From Octopus vulgaris (taxonomy: Eukaryota): DNA of 64,000 bases. The notes under the pieces are model-generated. The model was not told the origin of the DNA. It saw only the letters and a program-made list of their open reading frames with translations, and ran no database searches. Within the stretch, counting starts at the first letter, position 1, and each line of letters starts with the position of its first letter. Position numbers and translations under genes: made by a program. The stretch spans positions 89,094,001-89,158,000 of the forward strand of contig OX597824.1 of assembly GCA_951406725.2 (NCBI GenBank), given 5' to 3'. This document shows, piece by piece, positions 12,545 through 27,014 of the stretch.

Positions 12545-12920
12545 ACGTTCTTCCGTACACACATAATAGGAACACTGCATCGGTTACGACGATGAGGGTC
12601 CCAGCTGATACGATCAACGGAACAGCTTGCTCGTGGAATTAACGTGCAAGTGGCTGAGCATTCCACAGACACGTGTACCCTTTAACGTAGTTCGCGAGGA
12701 GATTCAGCGTGACACAGAGTGTGACAAAAACAGGAAGAAAGAGTGAGAGAAAGTTGTGGTGAAAGAGTACAGCAGGGTTCACCACCACCCCCTGCAGGAG
12801 CCTTGTGAAGCTTTAGGTGTTTTCGCTCAATAAACACTCACAATGCCCGGTCTGGGAATCGAAACCGCGATCCTACGACCGCGAGTCCGCTGCCCTAACC
12901 ACTGGGCCATTGCGCCTCCA
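12545..12920 (-). mobile_element. SINE family C with tail type 1
   Basis: Family C head plus a tail ending ..CCCTCATCGTCGTAACCGATGCAG (RTE-like terminus). Confidence 0.85.
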
Positions 12921-13006
12921 CGACACACATAGGTACAAACATACATAGGTAGACAGAAAGCTAGATAATAACCATACAAGTGCACCTATAAAAGCAGTCT
13001 ATCTGA

Positions 13007-13058
<52 letters not shown>

Positions 13059-13737
13059 ACATACATACATACATACATACATACATACATACATACATAC
13101 ATACATACATACATACATACATACATACACACACACACATATGTATGTGCACATGCATGCATCTATGCGCGTGTTGTTGATTTCGTAGACAGGGATGCGT
13201 TCATATCGAACAAATCTGAAAATTTAATTATCGAAACAATTTTTTCGAAGTCTGTTTCTCTTGAGTTGATTTTCTTCATAACACGACCGAACCTTTTCTT
13301 TCGCCAGAGAAGTGTTCCAGAAGTAGTTATCATACCATACACTTCACATTTCAATGCTCAAAGTTTCATTCACCTCTACAACGACTAACTCACCACTTTA
13401 CATTCCTCTGTGTCACTCACACCAAAACTTATGTTATATATTCTATGTACTTGTGTAATAAGTTTGGATTACAATGCAGCTCATATTCATTTTTCAAGAG
13501 TGCAGAAGGAAGAACCATAGAATATTCGAGATGTTATGGCTAACGTATCATTAGCACGGTGTCCTGTTTCATTGCCAAAGCATTTATATTTCGAAACAAT
13601 TCGTCCATCTTCTGAAATGCTTAAAGCGGAATTGGAAATTTGGATAAATTTGTAACAATGCGTCGTCGCAAAATTGACCAGTTCCCAATTAGCTTGTAAT
13701 TATGCGAGCTTTTCTTGTGAATATAGATTCGCTGTAC

Positions 13738-14159
13738 GAGACGTGTTGGCACAGCCGTTTTGCCGCCGATTGTTTGGCTTCACTCATAAGGCGCTGACTT
13801 ATTTGACATAAGAGATTTTAATGTTTCTATCATTCTCCGCGTCTCTCTATTTTTAGGTGTGCAAATATCAAGTCATGTTTGTATGTATGTGTAATGTCTC
13901 TCTCTCTCTCTCTAACTCTCTGTCTTCCTCTCTCTCCATATTACTCTCTCTCTCTTTCCCTCTCTCTGTCCTTTTCCTCTCCCTTTCTCCCTCTCTCTCC
14001 CCTTTTCTCCATCTCTCTCCCTCTCTCTTTCTATTTGCATATTTCTGCGCGTATGTGTGTTTGCCTTCAGTGCCAAAAACTACTGTCGCCACAGCAAGCT
14101 GAATGTCCAATCAGCTGCGTCACATTACCAGCGCCAAAACAGCTGGGCCGAATCGTCTC
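13738..14159. mobile_element. Degenerate MITE-like element with ~30-bp imperfect TIRs
   Basis: GAGACGTGTTGGCACAGCCGTTTTGCCGCCG compared with the reverse complement of 14129-14159, GAGACGATTCGGCCCAGCTGTTTTGGCGCTG. Confidence 0.4.
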
Positions 14160-14342
14160 ATTTTATAGATTCAAGAAGAATGCTCTCCTCCACCTTGACT
14201 TGCTTTCCATTTTAATACACAAGTCGAAGTTTTCGGTGGTATACATACAGCTTAGTGACTTGTGGAACTCACACCTATACTTTTCTTTTACCTCTGTTTA
14301 AGATTACGTAAGCCAATGAAACCAGCATGCACACGACAGTTC

Positions 14343-14520
14343 GGTCTGCTAAAAATAGCAGCCAGATCTCCCTAAACTCGAGTCGTAATGTCTTAAGTAT
14401 GGAAAGCAACGTATTATACAGCATAGTTCTAGATATATATACTAAACAGAAGTGGTAGTCACGGTCGGAATGTTAGGGATTATAGGTCTGTTGGATCAAC
14501 GTTCACCTGAGGATAGACTA
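14343..14520 (+). mobile_element. Old dispersed repeat or SINE body
   Basis: CTGCTAAAAATAGCAGCCAGATCTCC..GGTCTGTTGGATC. Diverged relatives at about 21030-21200, 40885-41000(-), 60590-60800 and 62260-62510. Confidence 0.5.
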
Positions 14521-14545
14521 CCATCACTACCACCAGCAACAACAG

Positions 14546-14900
14546 TGGAGGCGCAATGGCCCAGTGGTTAGGGTAGCAGACTCACAGTCGGAGGATCGCG
14601 GTTTCGATTCCCAGACCGGGCGTTGTGTGAGTTTATTGAGCGAAAACAGCTAAAGCTCCACAAGGCTCCGGCTGCGGGTGGTGGCGACCCCTGTTGTACT
14701 CTTTCACCCCAACTTTCACTCTTTCTTCCTGTTTCTTGTCCCCGACTTCCTACGCAACCGCTGAGCCTGGATGCGCATTCATCCATCTGTCGATGCTCTC
14801 GGTGTTGGGGGGTTGACCTGCTTTCTCTTACGAATAGCAAAGGACCACGTTTCGGACTTCTCCCATCTTGCGAGCTCTGGGACGAAGACCGTTCGCTCAA
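14546..14900 (+). mobile_element. SINE family C with tail type 2
   Basis: TGGAGGCGCAATGGCCCAGTGGTTAG head; tail CTTCCTACGCAACCGCTGAGCC..GACCGTTCGCTC running into (CAG/CAA)n. Confidence 0.85.
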
Positions 14901-14961
14901 CAGCAACAGCAGCAGCAGCAGCAGCACCACCACCACCACCACCATCACCACCACCACCACC

Positions 14962-15009
<48 letters not shown>

Positions 15010-15309
15010 AACAACGACGACGACAACGCCGCCTACATCTAATTACTTATGCGAACCAATGACGGGAACTTCTATTCGACTGCTTATCTGCTAAAAATTG
15101 GCGCTTAGACTTCTTCAAATCACATCACCGTTTTCAAATGACCTTTGACCTCTTTGTTTCAGTGGGAGGCCTGCGCCCAAAACTGGGCACCACCTTGATG
15201 GTGTTTTTAAAATTTGGTACTTATTCTATTAGTTGTCTTTTGCCCAGCAGCTAAGTCATGGGGACGTAAACAAACCAACACGGGTGTTCAAGTGGTGGGG
15301 GTGGGGAGT

Positions 15310-15580
15310 GGCAAATCACTGCCCAACCATCTGGACGTTGGGACCAACAATGCCGAGTAAACCCACTGGCTGACCCACACACTCTGTTACACAAGGAGCA
15401 CAAAAGATCATGGCTGCATGTCACATTGGTGCAAAGGGGCGCCTCCGTGACCACGCTTGTGGCTAAACAGGTCTGCCTTTGAGAAGTAGACTGGACCACA
15501 CTAGTTACACGAAAGAGATTCTTCCGTGCCCGTCTCAAAGAGAGGGATTACATTCTCCATAGACAGGATTAGCCAAAACC
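15310..15580 (-). pseudogene. RTE-type LINE C-terminal zinc-finger fragment
   Basis: RRARKN..LCSLCNRVCGSASGFTRH in ORF 15251-15538 matches the RTE C-terminal CxxC..H pattern. Confidence 0.55.
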
Positions 15581-15914
15581 ATTTAATTCCAAGATTTATT
15601 TATGTTTAACAACTGAATGAATTTAATGAAAGCATCTAAACATGAAACATCATGAAACTTGTTCGAACTGAAGTCCTTCTTGAGCAACACATTTTTCTAT
15701 TGAAGTCAATACAGAATTACAGATAGTATTTATGGAATTTTGATTCACTGTCGGCTGACTTTAAGCCAGCCCTGTATTTACCAACATATTTGAATTCAGT
15801 TCTTGCAACCGTGTTGTAAACCAATTCTTTAGAGTTGTAGGAATCAGTTTTCTCCTCAGCTGCCTGTCCGGTGGTCGAACTCTCCCAGGTGTTAGTATTG
15901 ATATTTGATATTTG

Positions 15915-16220
15915 TGGAGGCTCATGGCCTAGTGGTTAGAGCAGCGGACTCGCGGTTGAGGGATCGTGGGTTCAAATCTCAGACCTGGAGATGTGTGTGT
16001 TTATGAGCGAAACACTTAAGCTCCACGTGGCTCCGGCAGAAGGTAATGGCGAACTTCTGCTGACTCTTTTGCCACAACTTTCTCTCACTCTTTCCTCCTG
16101 CATCTTGCAGCTCACCTGCGACGGACCGGCGTCCCGTCCAGGTGGGGAACCTATAAGCCAAGGAAACCGGGAAACCGGCCTTTATGAGTAAGGGTAAGGC
16201 TCGAGAAGGAACAAACAGCA
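15915..16220 (+). mobile_element. SINE family C-like head with tail type 3 (V-domain-like)
   Basis: Tail CCTGCGACGGACCGGCGTCCCGTCCAGG..GGAAACCGGGAAACCGG is shared with family D. Confidence 0.8.
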
Positions 16221-16525
16221 ATTGATATTTGCATCACCATCTCTATTTATACATACATACATGCATATACGTGTGTGTGTGTGTGTGTTTTGTAGGATCA
16301 ATCAAGTGGCCGTGATAAGCGCAGTTGGTTAGTCTTCTGCATAAACACGGCTTGTATAGAAAATACAAATGACTCGATAATTGATCAATAATATTCATTA
16401 ATCAATGCATCAAATGTAGTTCATCTTTTACCGATATTAGACGGAAAATTCCGATATTATGACAAATGCTCTATAACTCCAGTTCGAAAGCAAAAATTAT
16501 TGCTTATAATGCGATAATCAAATCT

Positions 16526-16859
16526 GTAAATAAAAGGAATGGCAGAGGTACTTAAGTAGTATGGCACTTTCAAAAGCGCAATGGAGGCAACTTAGGTAAC
16601 ATCATGAATGTCTCGTAGCCCTCTGGTGGACATCAGGTACATAAAACTGTCACGTTGTCCGCAGCGATGAAGAGTATAAAAAAAGAAAAAAAAGGAACGG
16701 AGCAGTATTTTCCATTGCGGAGGACTTCTTTTAACCGGACAGTCGCGCTTGTACTTGTTGAACTAGGAGCAGCTGTGAGACATTCATAATATTACGTAAG
16801 ATGCTTCCGGTATACTTTTGAAACAGTTGCAGTACTCGAGAACCTCTTCCATTTCTTTT

Positions 16860-16865
<6 letters not shown>
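16526..16865. repeat. Diverged fold-back element (~95-bp arms) enclosing a CTCF-like motif
   Basis: GTAAATAAAAGGAATGGCAGAGG..CATGAATGTCTC compared with the reverse complement of 16770-16865. TGTCCACCAGAGGGCTAC lies on the minus strand at 16615-16632. Confidence 0.65.
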
Positions 16866-16941
<76 letters not shown>

Positions 16942-17158
16942 CGTATCTTTAAGTATATGTGCATCAATTAATTCCTGGAATATCTCGAAGCTCACACTCT
17001 ATTGCAGATGCGACACAGTGGAAATACACTTGCTCATTCCTCAGGTTGACCCTCCAATTCATGGCCAAAGATTGGTCCTGCGCTGTCAGTATACTGCTCT
17101 CGGTCTCTTTTTTTTCAGGGTTCCTTTCATCAGCCAATCCCACCTATTTTGACCAGCA

Positions 17159-17189
<31 letters not shown>

Positions 17190-17269
17190 CTTCTTCTTCT
17201 TCTTCTTCTTCTTCTTCTTCTTCTTCTTCTTCTTCTTCTTCTTCTCATCCTCCTTCTTCGTCTTCACTT

Positions 17270-18050
17270 TTAATCTGCATGTTTGTTACAATCACTTGCC
17301 GAGACACACCCAGCGTTCTAGAGCGAGTGAAGGATAAGAGATGACTGAAAGTTTGAAGAGGGGAAGTGGCAGGGGCAATAACGAAATATCTTCATGTAAT
17401 ACAACACAGATATTTAAATGGATAAGGATTTTTTCTAAGGATGTGGGCAGTACTTGTCAGCACAATCTTTGGGATTTCTCTGAGACATGCTTCTCCTGAG
17501 ATATTATCTAGATGTTTTTGACATCCCTTTCTTATCATACCTAGGGCTCCCACAATAACAGGAATAGTTCTCGCTTTTAAGATGTCACACCTATTGCATT
17601 TCAATTTCAAGGTCCTTATATTTAATTTGTCAAATTCGTTCACAGATATATTTTTATCAGTGGGAAAACTTACATCTATTAGTCTACAAGTATTTTCTTC
17701 CATGTCTTTAATGACTATGTCTGGTCGATTAGCCTGGATCGTTCTGTCGGTGTTGACTGGAAAATCCCAGAGGATAGTGACACTTTTACCGTCAACGCCT
17801 GGCAAAGGATGACGTTCATACCGGTAAGCAGGAGTGTTGATTTTGTAGCGTTTACATGTTTTTCAACGTAAATACTGTCCTACCTTATTGTGGTGACTTT
17901 TGCATTCGTTCGGTGTCAGCACAGGAGTTCCCGGGACGAGACGGTCTATTGTCTCATCAAATGTATCGTAAAATTTGCATTTAGGGTCAAAACCGTTTTG
18001 AAGAACGTTAGCCCGGTAGTTTTAGGTAAGCAAACTTTGATCTGGTGCCG
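17270..18050 (-). pseudogene. Dong/R4-clade non-LTR retrotransposon 3' fragment (decayed CCHC + restriction-like endonuclease)
   Basis: APDQSLLT*NY..DPKCKF..ETID.. followed by ILWDFPVNTDRTIQANRPDIVIKD..IDVSFP..PVIVGALG..TAHILRK. The 3' UTR runs into (GAA)n. Confidence 0.9.
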
Positions 18051-18698
<648 letters not shown>

Positions 18699-19148
18699 GT
18701 CTCTTGCTGCAAACATTGCAGAGGTAGGTGCTGCTGCTGCTGCTGATGTTGTTCTTGATGATGATGATGATGATGGTAATGATGAATGCACTGATGATGA
18801 GCAGAAAGGGTAGCGGAATGAAGATGAGTATGAAGCGGAATATAATGTCGCAGTTCGTTCCACTCCCAACCTGCCAAACGCAGTCACCCATCCCCCACCC
18901 CATCCCCATGCCCGCCCCGCCCCCGGGAGAGAATCCAATATCATTTGCCAAACCCATTTAACATTTTACTAACCCTCACTCCGGTTCTATCGACTTCCGA
19001 AACACGCGTTGCAAATTTGCAGTCATCACAAATCTATCTGCACATTGCTGGTGATGGTGGTGGTGGTGGTGGTGGTGGTGGTGGTGGTGGTGGGGGACAA
19101 TGAGCATGAGGATGGTGGTGGTGGTGGTGGCAGTGATGACGACGATGA

Positions 19149-19182
<34 letters not shown>

Positions 19183-19302
19183 GGTGATGGAGACGACGAT
19201 GCCAAGTGGTTGTTGTAGTGAGAGTGCCTATGGTGACGATGGTGTTATTTTCGACATAGTTCAAGGTTAGATTCACACACAACAAAAACATACACACGTA
19301 TA

Positions 19303-19369
<67 letters not shown>

Positions 19370-20369
19370 GTGTGTGTGTTTGTACATGTACACACAAACA
19401 CACTTGCACACACAAACACACTTGCACACACATACATTTATATATATGTACGCACACATATGCATATATGTAAATATATATATATAAGATTATAAATAAA
19501 TATATGTATAAGCATACACATAAATATACACATATACATTTATATTAATATGTATATAAGCATATATATATACTTCCAAACAGACACATACACATACAAA
19601 CATACACGTATATATATATATGTACATATGCATACACATATGTATATATATACATATACACACACATATATACACACGCATATATGCACACATATAATCA
19701 TACACATATATACACATATGCACATATATACACATATATACCTATATACATACATGTACATACATACACATATATATACACATATATACACATATATACC
19801 AAAATACACACATATACACACATATATATACACATATATATACATATATACCTATATACACACATATACACACATACACATATATATATACACATATATA
19901 CACATATATACCTATATACACACATATATACACATACACATGTATATACACATATATACACATATATACCCACATACACATATATAGACATATGTATGTT
20001 TGCGTGTGTCTGTGTATGTACATAAATGTATACACACAGACATATGTATTATATATGTGTTTTGCCGTATGTATATATATTTCATACGCTTTTATAATTA
20101 TACACACGTTCGTGAAATCGTTATGTGACGGAACGGTAATGATAAATGAGGTATGGAGTCAGATAAACTAAATATAGAATCATGTTGTTTGTTGTTAATG
20201 TTGTTTTTTTCTTGCTATTATTCGTCGTCGTCGTCGTCGCCTTCGTCAGCATATTGTTGTTCTTGTTGCTGTTGGTGGACATATCACTGTTAATATTGTT
20301 GTTGTTGCTGTTGTTGTTATTATTTACACCCTCAGTTCGACCCCTGCTGTACAAGAAAGGAAGCAAAAT

Positions 20370-20915
20370 AAGGCGGCGAGTTGGTAGAAATGTTAGCACG
20401 CCGAGGTCGACTTTGCCTTTCATCCTTCCGGGGTCGATAAATAAAGTACCAGTTACGCACTGGGGGTTGATGCAATCGACCTAATCCGTTTGTTTGTCCT
20501 TGTTTGTCCTCTCTATTTTAGCCCCTTGTGGGTTGTAAAAAAATAGGTATTTCGTCTGCCGCTACGTTCTGAGTTCAAATTCCGCCGAGGTCGACTTTGC
20601 CTTTCATCCTTTCGGGGTCGATAAATTAAGTACCAGTTACGCACTCGGGGTCGATGCAATCGACCTAATCCGTTTGTCTGTCCTTGTTTGTCCCCTCTGT
20701 GTTCAGCCCCTTGTGGGTTGTAAAAAAATAGGTATTTCGTTTACCGCTACGTTCTGAGTTCAAAATCCGCCGAGGTCGACTTTGCCTTTCATCCTTTCGG
20801 GGTCGATAAATTATTACCAGTTACGCACTGGGGGTCGATGCAATCGACCTAATCCATTTGTCTGTCCTTGTTTGTCCTCTCTATGTTTAGCTCCTTGTGG
20901 GCAATAAAAAAACCA
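20370..20915 (+). mobile_element. SINE family B with three tandem internal units
   Basis: Unit starts GGTATTTCGT at 20546 and 20731 (period 185 bp). Confidence 0.9.
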
Positions 20916-21463
20916 GAAATGAAGCAAAATAATTCGTCAACCCACAAATCTGGCTATTTCGATGCTTTTGGTCTCTACCATATTCAAGAACTTACTACAA
21001 ACTTACTACAAACTATGGAGCCTGTACATTATGTGGCCTCTTAACCCAATAAAAACAGCAGCTAAATCTCCATCAGGTTATAAGCTATACTTTCTTACTT
21101 TATATATATCCATGATGAAACTTATTTAGACAACAGTTTTACGATGGTTAATGAAAGCCAGATATCATAGTAAAATATTTCATGACTTTTTCTGGAATTT
21201 CCGGGTGTATTTTCAATCTAGAATTAAGTGCACTGGTCACTCTTGCTCTATTCTGCACTATCGTAGAAAGAGCGGAAACGTGAAACTTAGTGTGATGTTG
21301 AGTGCAATTTGCAACTCGTATGAATATATATTTAGTAGGGGTTGTGTATATAAATTATGTATTATAGACGGAATTCCACCCACTCCAAGCGCTCTTGCAT
21401 TTTTGATATAGACAGATATAGGTGTGTCTCAATGTCTGGCTCTATACACAAGTATGCGTGTCA

Positions 21464-21547
<84 letters not shown>

Positions 21548-21582
21548 GATATGTCTATAAATGTATGTGTGTATACACTTAC

Positions 21583-21617
<35 letters not shown>

Positions 21618-21627
21618 ATTTTACCCT

Positions 21628-22000
21628 TTTACTTGTTTCAGTCTTTTGACTGCTGCCATACTGGAGCATCGCCTTTAGTCGAACAAATCAGCCCCAGGAC
21701 GTATTCTTTGTAAGCCTGGTACTTATTCTGCCGGTCTCTTTTGCCAAACCGCTAATTTACGGGGATGTAAATACACCATCATCGGTTGTGAAGCGATGGT
21801 AGGGGGACAAACACAGATACACAAACATACATACATATACGACGGGCTTCTTCCAGTTTCCGACTACCAAATCCACTCGCAAGATTTTGGTCGGCCCGAG
21901 GCTATAGTAGAAAATACTTGCCTAAGATGCCACGCAGTGAGACTGAACCCGGAAGCATGTGGTTGGAAAGCAAGCTTCTTATCACACAGCCTCGCCTGCG
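21628..22000 (-). mobile_element. Full-length SINE family A
   Basis: Reverse complement of the complete family A sequence. Confidence 0.85.
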
Positions 22001-22057
22001 TCTACATATATGTGTGTGTGTGCGCGCGTGCTGACGATTCAGTTAATAATAGCAAAA

Positions 22058-22335
22058 TAATAGCAAAATTGCTACCTAGCTCAGATACCAGAAAACCCCA
22101 AAATGGCAGAAATTCAAAAGATAGTGCTCATGGGAACTACCCATATCCTACGCAAAATACTTTCTATGTAATCTCAAGTTTTAAAACAAACATAATTTTC
22201 TTATGGTTTCTTAAACATTCTCTTGAACAATACTATGTACAAAACCAAATATATGACACCCTAGAAATAACACCATGAACTTCAAACTTGTCTCTTGAGC
22301 CAACTTGTACAAATGCAAAGCAGAATTCAAACATA

Positions 22336-22337
<2 letters not shown>
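22058..22337 (+). pseudogene. Dong/R4 LINE 3' end ending in (TAA)n
   Basis: YLAQIPENPKMAEIQKIVLMGTTHILRKILSM*, then a UTR and (AAT)n. Confidence 0.8.
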
Positions 22338-22397
<60 letters not shown>

Positions 22398-22423
22398 TTA
22401 ATAACAATAATAATAATGATAAT

Positions 22424-22707
22424 GAGAGGTAACTCGAATGTGGAATCTAAAAACAAACAATTCCTATTATAGTAGGTGCATTAGGCATGATAAAAAATAT
22501 TCAGACAAATACATAACAAAAACACCAGGACTTACAAACATATATAACATACAGAAAATTGTACTATTGGGCACTGCACACATCCTACGCAAAACACTTT
22601 CAATACAGTAACCATCAGAGCATCACAACAAATCACAGCACATACCCAAGGCACACAGAGCTGCGCTCGGTAGTGAAGTGAAAGCATGATATAAAAAAAA
22701 GTACTGA
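22424..22707 (+). pseudogene. Dong/R4 LINE 3' end embedded in (TAA)n
   Basis: EVTRMWNLK..TIPIIVGALGMIK..IQKIVLLGTAHILRKTLSIQ*, with (TAA)n on both sides. Confidence 0.85.
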
Positions 22708-22734
22708 ATAATAATAATAACAATAACAATAATG

Positions 22735-22818
<84 letters not shown>

Positions 22819-22860
22819 GTAATAATAACAGTAATAATAATAATAATAATAATAATAATG

Positions 22861-22886
<26 letters not shown>

Positions 22887-22894
<8 letters not shown>

Positions 22895-22965
22895 ACAGCA
22901 CATACCTAAGGCACACAGAGCTGCGCTCGGTAGTGAAGTGAAAGCACGCTATAAAAATAAAACTA

Positions 22966-22970
<5 letters not shown>
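22887..22970 (+). mobile_element. Second, shorter copy of the same Dong 3' UTR in (TAA)n
   Basis: Near-identical to 22627-22707. Confidence 0.85.
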
Positions 22971-23035
<65 letters not shown>

Positions 23036-23306
23036 TCAGCAACAACAACAATAATAGTGCACACACTCTCGCCACTCACTATCTTACATAGACACTTCAC
23101 CGCAACTACGAAATATCTTATTTGATAATTGATCGGTGAATATTTTGCAAAGAATGCACTAATTTAATTTTTTTCCAACGATAACTAATTAATGAAAATT
23201 AAAATAAATAATACAAAAACAAATTAAATTGTTTATAACATCTTCGTAAACCATTTCAAAATTCTTCATATATTTCCGCAGTGAGTTGGTTTGTTTTGTT
23301 AAATTT

Positions 23307-23402
<96 letters not shown>

Positions 23403-23660
23403 GTATATACACATATAGCTGCATAAGTACAAATACATTCAGAAATATACACATGCGTATTTATATATATATATATAAGTTGGCAACGGTGCGAAAGTGT
23501 TGGAATGTGTGTGTGTGTGTGTGTCTGCCCACCTCATTTTGGTGCAGGCGTGGCCTTGAACCTGTGTATTCCGTTTGCTTTTATCTCTTACTGCATGTTA
23601 GTAATGTTGTTGATCATTTGCATACTGAGCACTCAACACCTTTCACTGTAATTTTTTGCT

Positions 23661-23747
23661 AACACTGAAGATGTGATTTAACAAAGTTATGTAATGTTTC
23701 CAGCATTTTGTAATCCTGGATGACGCTTGCCGAAACGATTGTATGCT
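23661..23747 (+). ncRNA. Degenerate long-loop hammerhead-like motif
   Basis: aaca-CTGAAGA..C-GAAA-CGATTG-TA-tgct. Core intact, stem II poor. Confidence 0.35.
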
Positions 23748-23822
23748 TTCTAAAACCTAATATATCGTTCTTGATTTTGTATTTTATTAACATTGTATAT
23801 ATATGTATATATATATATGTAT

Positions 23823-23889
<67 letters not shown>

Positions 23890-23896
23890 CATATAT

Positions 23897-23952
<56 letters not shown>

Positions 23953-24074
23953 ATATATATATACACATACATATACATAAATATGTGTGTGTATGTGTGC
24001 CTCTGTGTGTCTGTAAAATTCTACAAATTCTTTGCGTATGCATTTCTGCGAACCTATATAATGACTCGATTATT

Positions 24075-24159
<85 letters not shown>

Positions 24160-24519
24160 ATATCTGAAGTGCAGAGCTTCTTGTGTGGGCAACGGAATAA
24201 GGGTCGTTGTCAATGAACAACTCCAAGTTGAGGAGTTCTACGAGGATGCTATGAACTAGTTGTCACATTTACGCACCGTCGTCCAAATCAAGGTCTTCCA
24301 TGATCCTTACGAGTAACACCCTAAGGAGTATCGGTAGTAAGAAACAGCGTTGATCTATACTGTTTACTGTTCAGAAGGGCTTTGAGAATTTGCTGGCTTG
24401 TTTGACTTAGGGTATCTGGACGTTCATGTTGAGAAATTAAAAATAAAGGGCTTCCTAGTCGCTCCACGATATTCCACAGAATCTTCCATCTCATAAGTGT
24501 TGTACGTTTTCGTCGTGTC

Positions 24520-24875
24520 TACAACGTTAGCACGAAGAGGGCAGAAACCTCCACCTCAAACGTCGGGGGATTACGACGTTTTTTGAAGACCGTGAACTAG
24601 TTCATGTACCTGGGGTATATCGTCTCTGCAGATGCGAAGATCGACAAATAGGTTGCCAACAGACTTGCCAAGGGAAACAGCGCTACGGAGCCGTCGTAGC
24701 AACCACACTTTTGTACGACTCCGAGGTGTGAGTTATCTTATATTACTCTCTACGATCCCTCCATCCTTTTTTCAGTATCTACTGGGGTGACTTGTTTACC
24801 AACAACGAAGTCCTTGAGCAGGTAGCTGTTAGCAGAATCGAGGTTACATTGTAAGACATAGCAACGTTGGACAAA
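24520..24875 (+). pseudogene. RTE (BovB-like) reverse transcriptase fragment
   Basis: LKTVN*FMYLGYIVSADAKIDK*VANRLAKGNSA / AVVATTLLYDSEV / W.D..TNNEVLEQ, with stops and deletions. Confidence 0.75.
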
Positions 24876-25574
24876 ATATCTTATAGTGCTTACGATCGTT
24901 CTCTATTGATCGTACTCTAGGGCCAACTCCAGAGTGTCGGAATAGAAAGACGTCTTAGAAAAGGTGCAACAAAGAAGAACTGTCAGAAGTACAGGAATTC
25001 TTTGGCGTTTGTATAATTCAACAAAGTCACATGGTTTACTGAGCTGTCCAATAATGAGGCTTGCCGATGCATCGTTTAATAGATTATTTCTTTCTTCGAG
25101 AATGCAAGTGAGATTGATCTTGAGAAAAAGAGTGCAACATAGGAGAAGGGAAGACAGGGAAAAAAATCGCCAACGGTACACACGCGGTCACATATATATG
25201 TATGTGTGTGTGTGTGTGTGTGTATTTTAAATCTCTGAGCGAGAGACATGCAGTAACAGTAAAGTTTATTTGCCAACAGAATGTGGTAGTCCTACACAGG
25301 ACAATGTTACTACAGTTTAGCCCCAGTGTGAGCAAGTCGAATAAGCCCTCATCGCTGGCCTGTGATTATCTCACACAGTAGACGTGACAAAAAAACTCAG
25401 AAACCTAGTTCTCTGAGTATCACGAAGCCTAGAGATGGGAGCGATAAACTCCCTTGCTCATACTATACCGACACAGACTGTGTGTCGGCAGCCAGCTCGA
25501 AAATATGTTTTCCTGAGTCTAAACAGTAGTAACATCGTCCAGTGCAGGACTGCCATATATATCTATATATATAG

Positions 25575-25616
<42 letters not shown>

Positions 25617-25620
<4 letters not shown>

Positions 25621-25817
25621 AGAGTTTACGAAAAAAACAAAAGACGAAGACCGGTGGTGTACAAAACAAACAGATGTATTAGTATAACGTTCAAGAATAG
25701 AAAAAGTCTTTTACGTTTCGAGCCTATGCTCTTCTACAGAAAGGGACACAGAAAAAACAAGGAGAGAAACAAGGAGAGAAAAAAATGTGTGTTGTGGTTA
25801 ACGATCTATCATGGTGT
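25617..25817 (-). mobile_element. ~200-bp element in (TA)n with hammerhead-like motif (25707-25744)
   Basis: Minus strand: cttt-CTGTAGA-A-GAGC-atag-GCTC-GAAA-CG-TA-aaag. Relatives at 46487-46680 and 54645-54812. Confidence 0.6.
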
Positions 25818-26369
25818 CCATATATATATAAGTATGGTTGTTTCTATGTATGTATACTGCGGAATTCCATTCAGTTTCTACAAGCCAAATTTTCTTAAAA
25901 GTTATTGTTCGCCCGAGTCTTTAGTAGAAGTCATGGTACGACCCAATAATATGAAATCCGGAACCAAATACTTCCAAAAATTCTCAAGTATACTGACATG
26001 TAACCACCAAGGACAATCATTTCTGATCAAAACACCTCCTTGTTTATTCCACTCACTGATTGGCTGTTAGCATCAACTTAATTATTACCGTGCACGATGA
26101 TAATATAGGAGAGAACTTCAACGATCGTTACAAATGTGCGTCCCCAGGGTAACAGCTGGAACGCTGTGGTCGAAGAGATGCTTTTTAAATGCTCTTTTGA
26201 TTGTTTCGTGTCAACGTAAACAGTTTATCCTCCGGGGACCGCGAACGCTCTACATACATCCGTGTCTCTTGGTGTATACAATAAAAATTACCATTATATG
26301 TGTATGTGTGCACGTGAGTGTGTGAGTACGCTCGTGCACACATGCGCATATATATATGTATATATATAT

Positions 26370-26422
<53 letters not shown>

Positions 26423-26718
26423 TATATACATATATATATACATACATACATATATCTCTCTATATATGTATGTATCTATGTATGTATAATTTATATATAC
26501 TCGCACATATATATAGATAATGCACACATACACACAAACACATACACAGGATTCTATTGACAAAGACGCTTCAAAACTATTAATATTAATATCAATTTCT
26601 TTATGGTGGTATTGAATCTTTTATTCAGTTAATATTTGCAGTTTTTAAGCTCATAAAAGCAGTTATTTTTAATTTTATATATGTGCATATATATGTATAT
26701 ATCTATATATATATATCT

Positions 26719-26820
<102 letters not shown>

Positions 26821-26979
26821 TAGTCACTTTCGCGTTGATTATCGGAAAGAAGAGAACTCGGTGCTTTAGAAGAAATTAATATTTTTATTTTTGTTTAGCC
26901 AGCCACTTGCCATTGTGTGTTTCACTTGTGGTCGAAACTCACTGTACCAATAGTCTGATTCAACCAAAATAGAAATATG

Positions 26980-27014
<35 letters not shown>

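Noticed and set aside
13440-13720. Possible MULE transposase remnant
   Set aside because: The resemblance is faint and the sequence is too disrupted to call by eye.
14546-14620. SINE heads as genuine tRNA genes
   Set aside because: A and B boxes are present but I see no complete cloverleaf, and each head continues into a repeated SINE body.
15139-15151. Perfect DR1 nuclear-receptor element TGACCTTTGACCT
   Set aside because: It is an isolated 13-mer among repeat fragments, with no supporting context.
20370-20915. Tandem repeats as a CRISPR array
   Set aside because: The units are contiguous ~185-bp SINE segments with no unique spacers, in a eukaryotic context.
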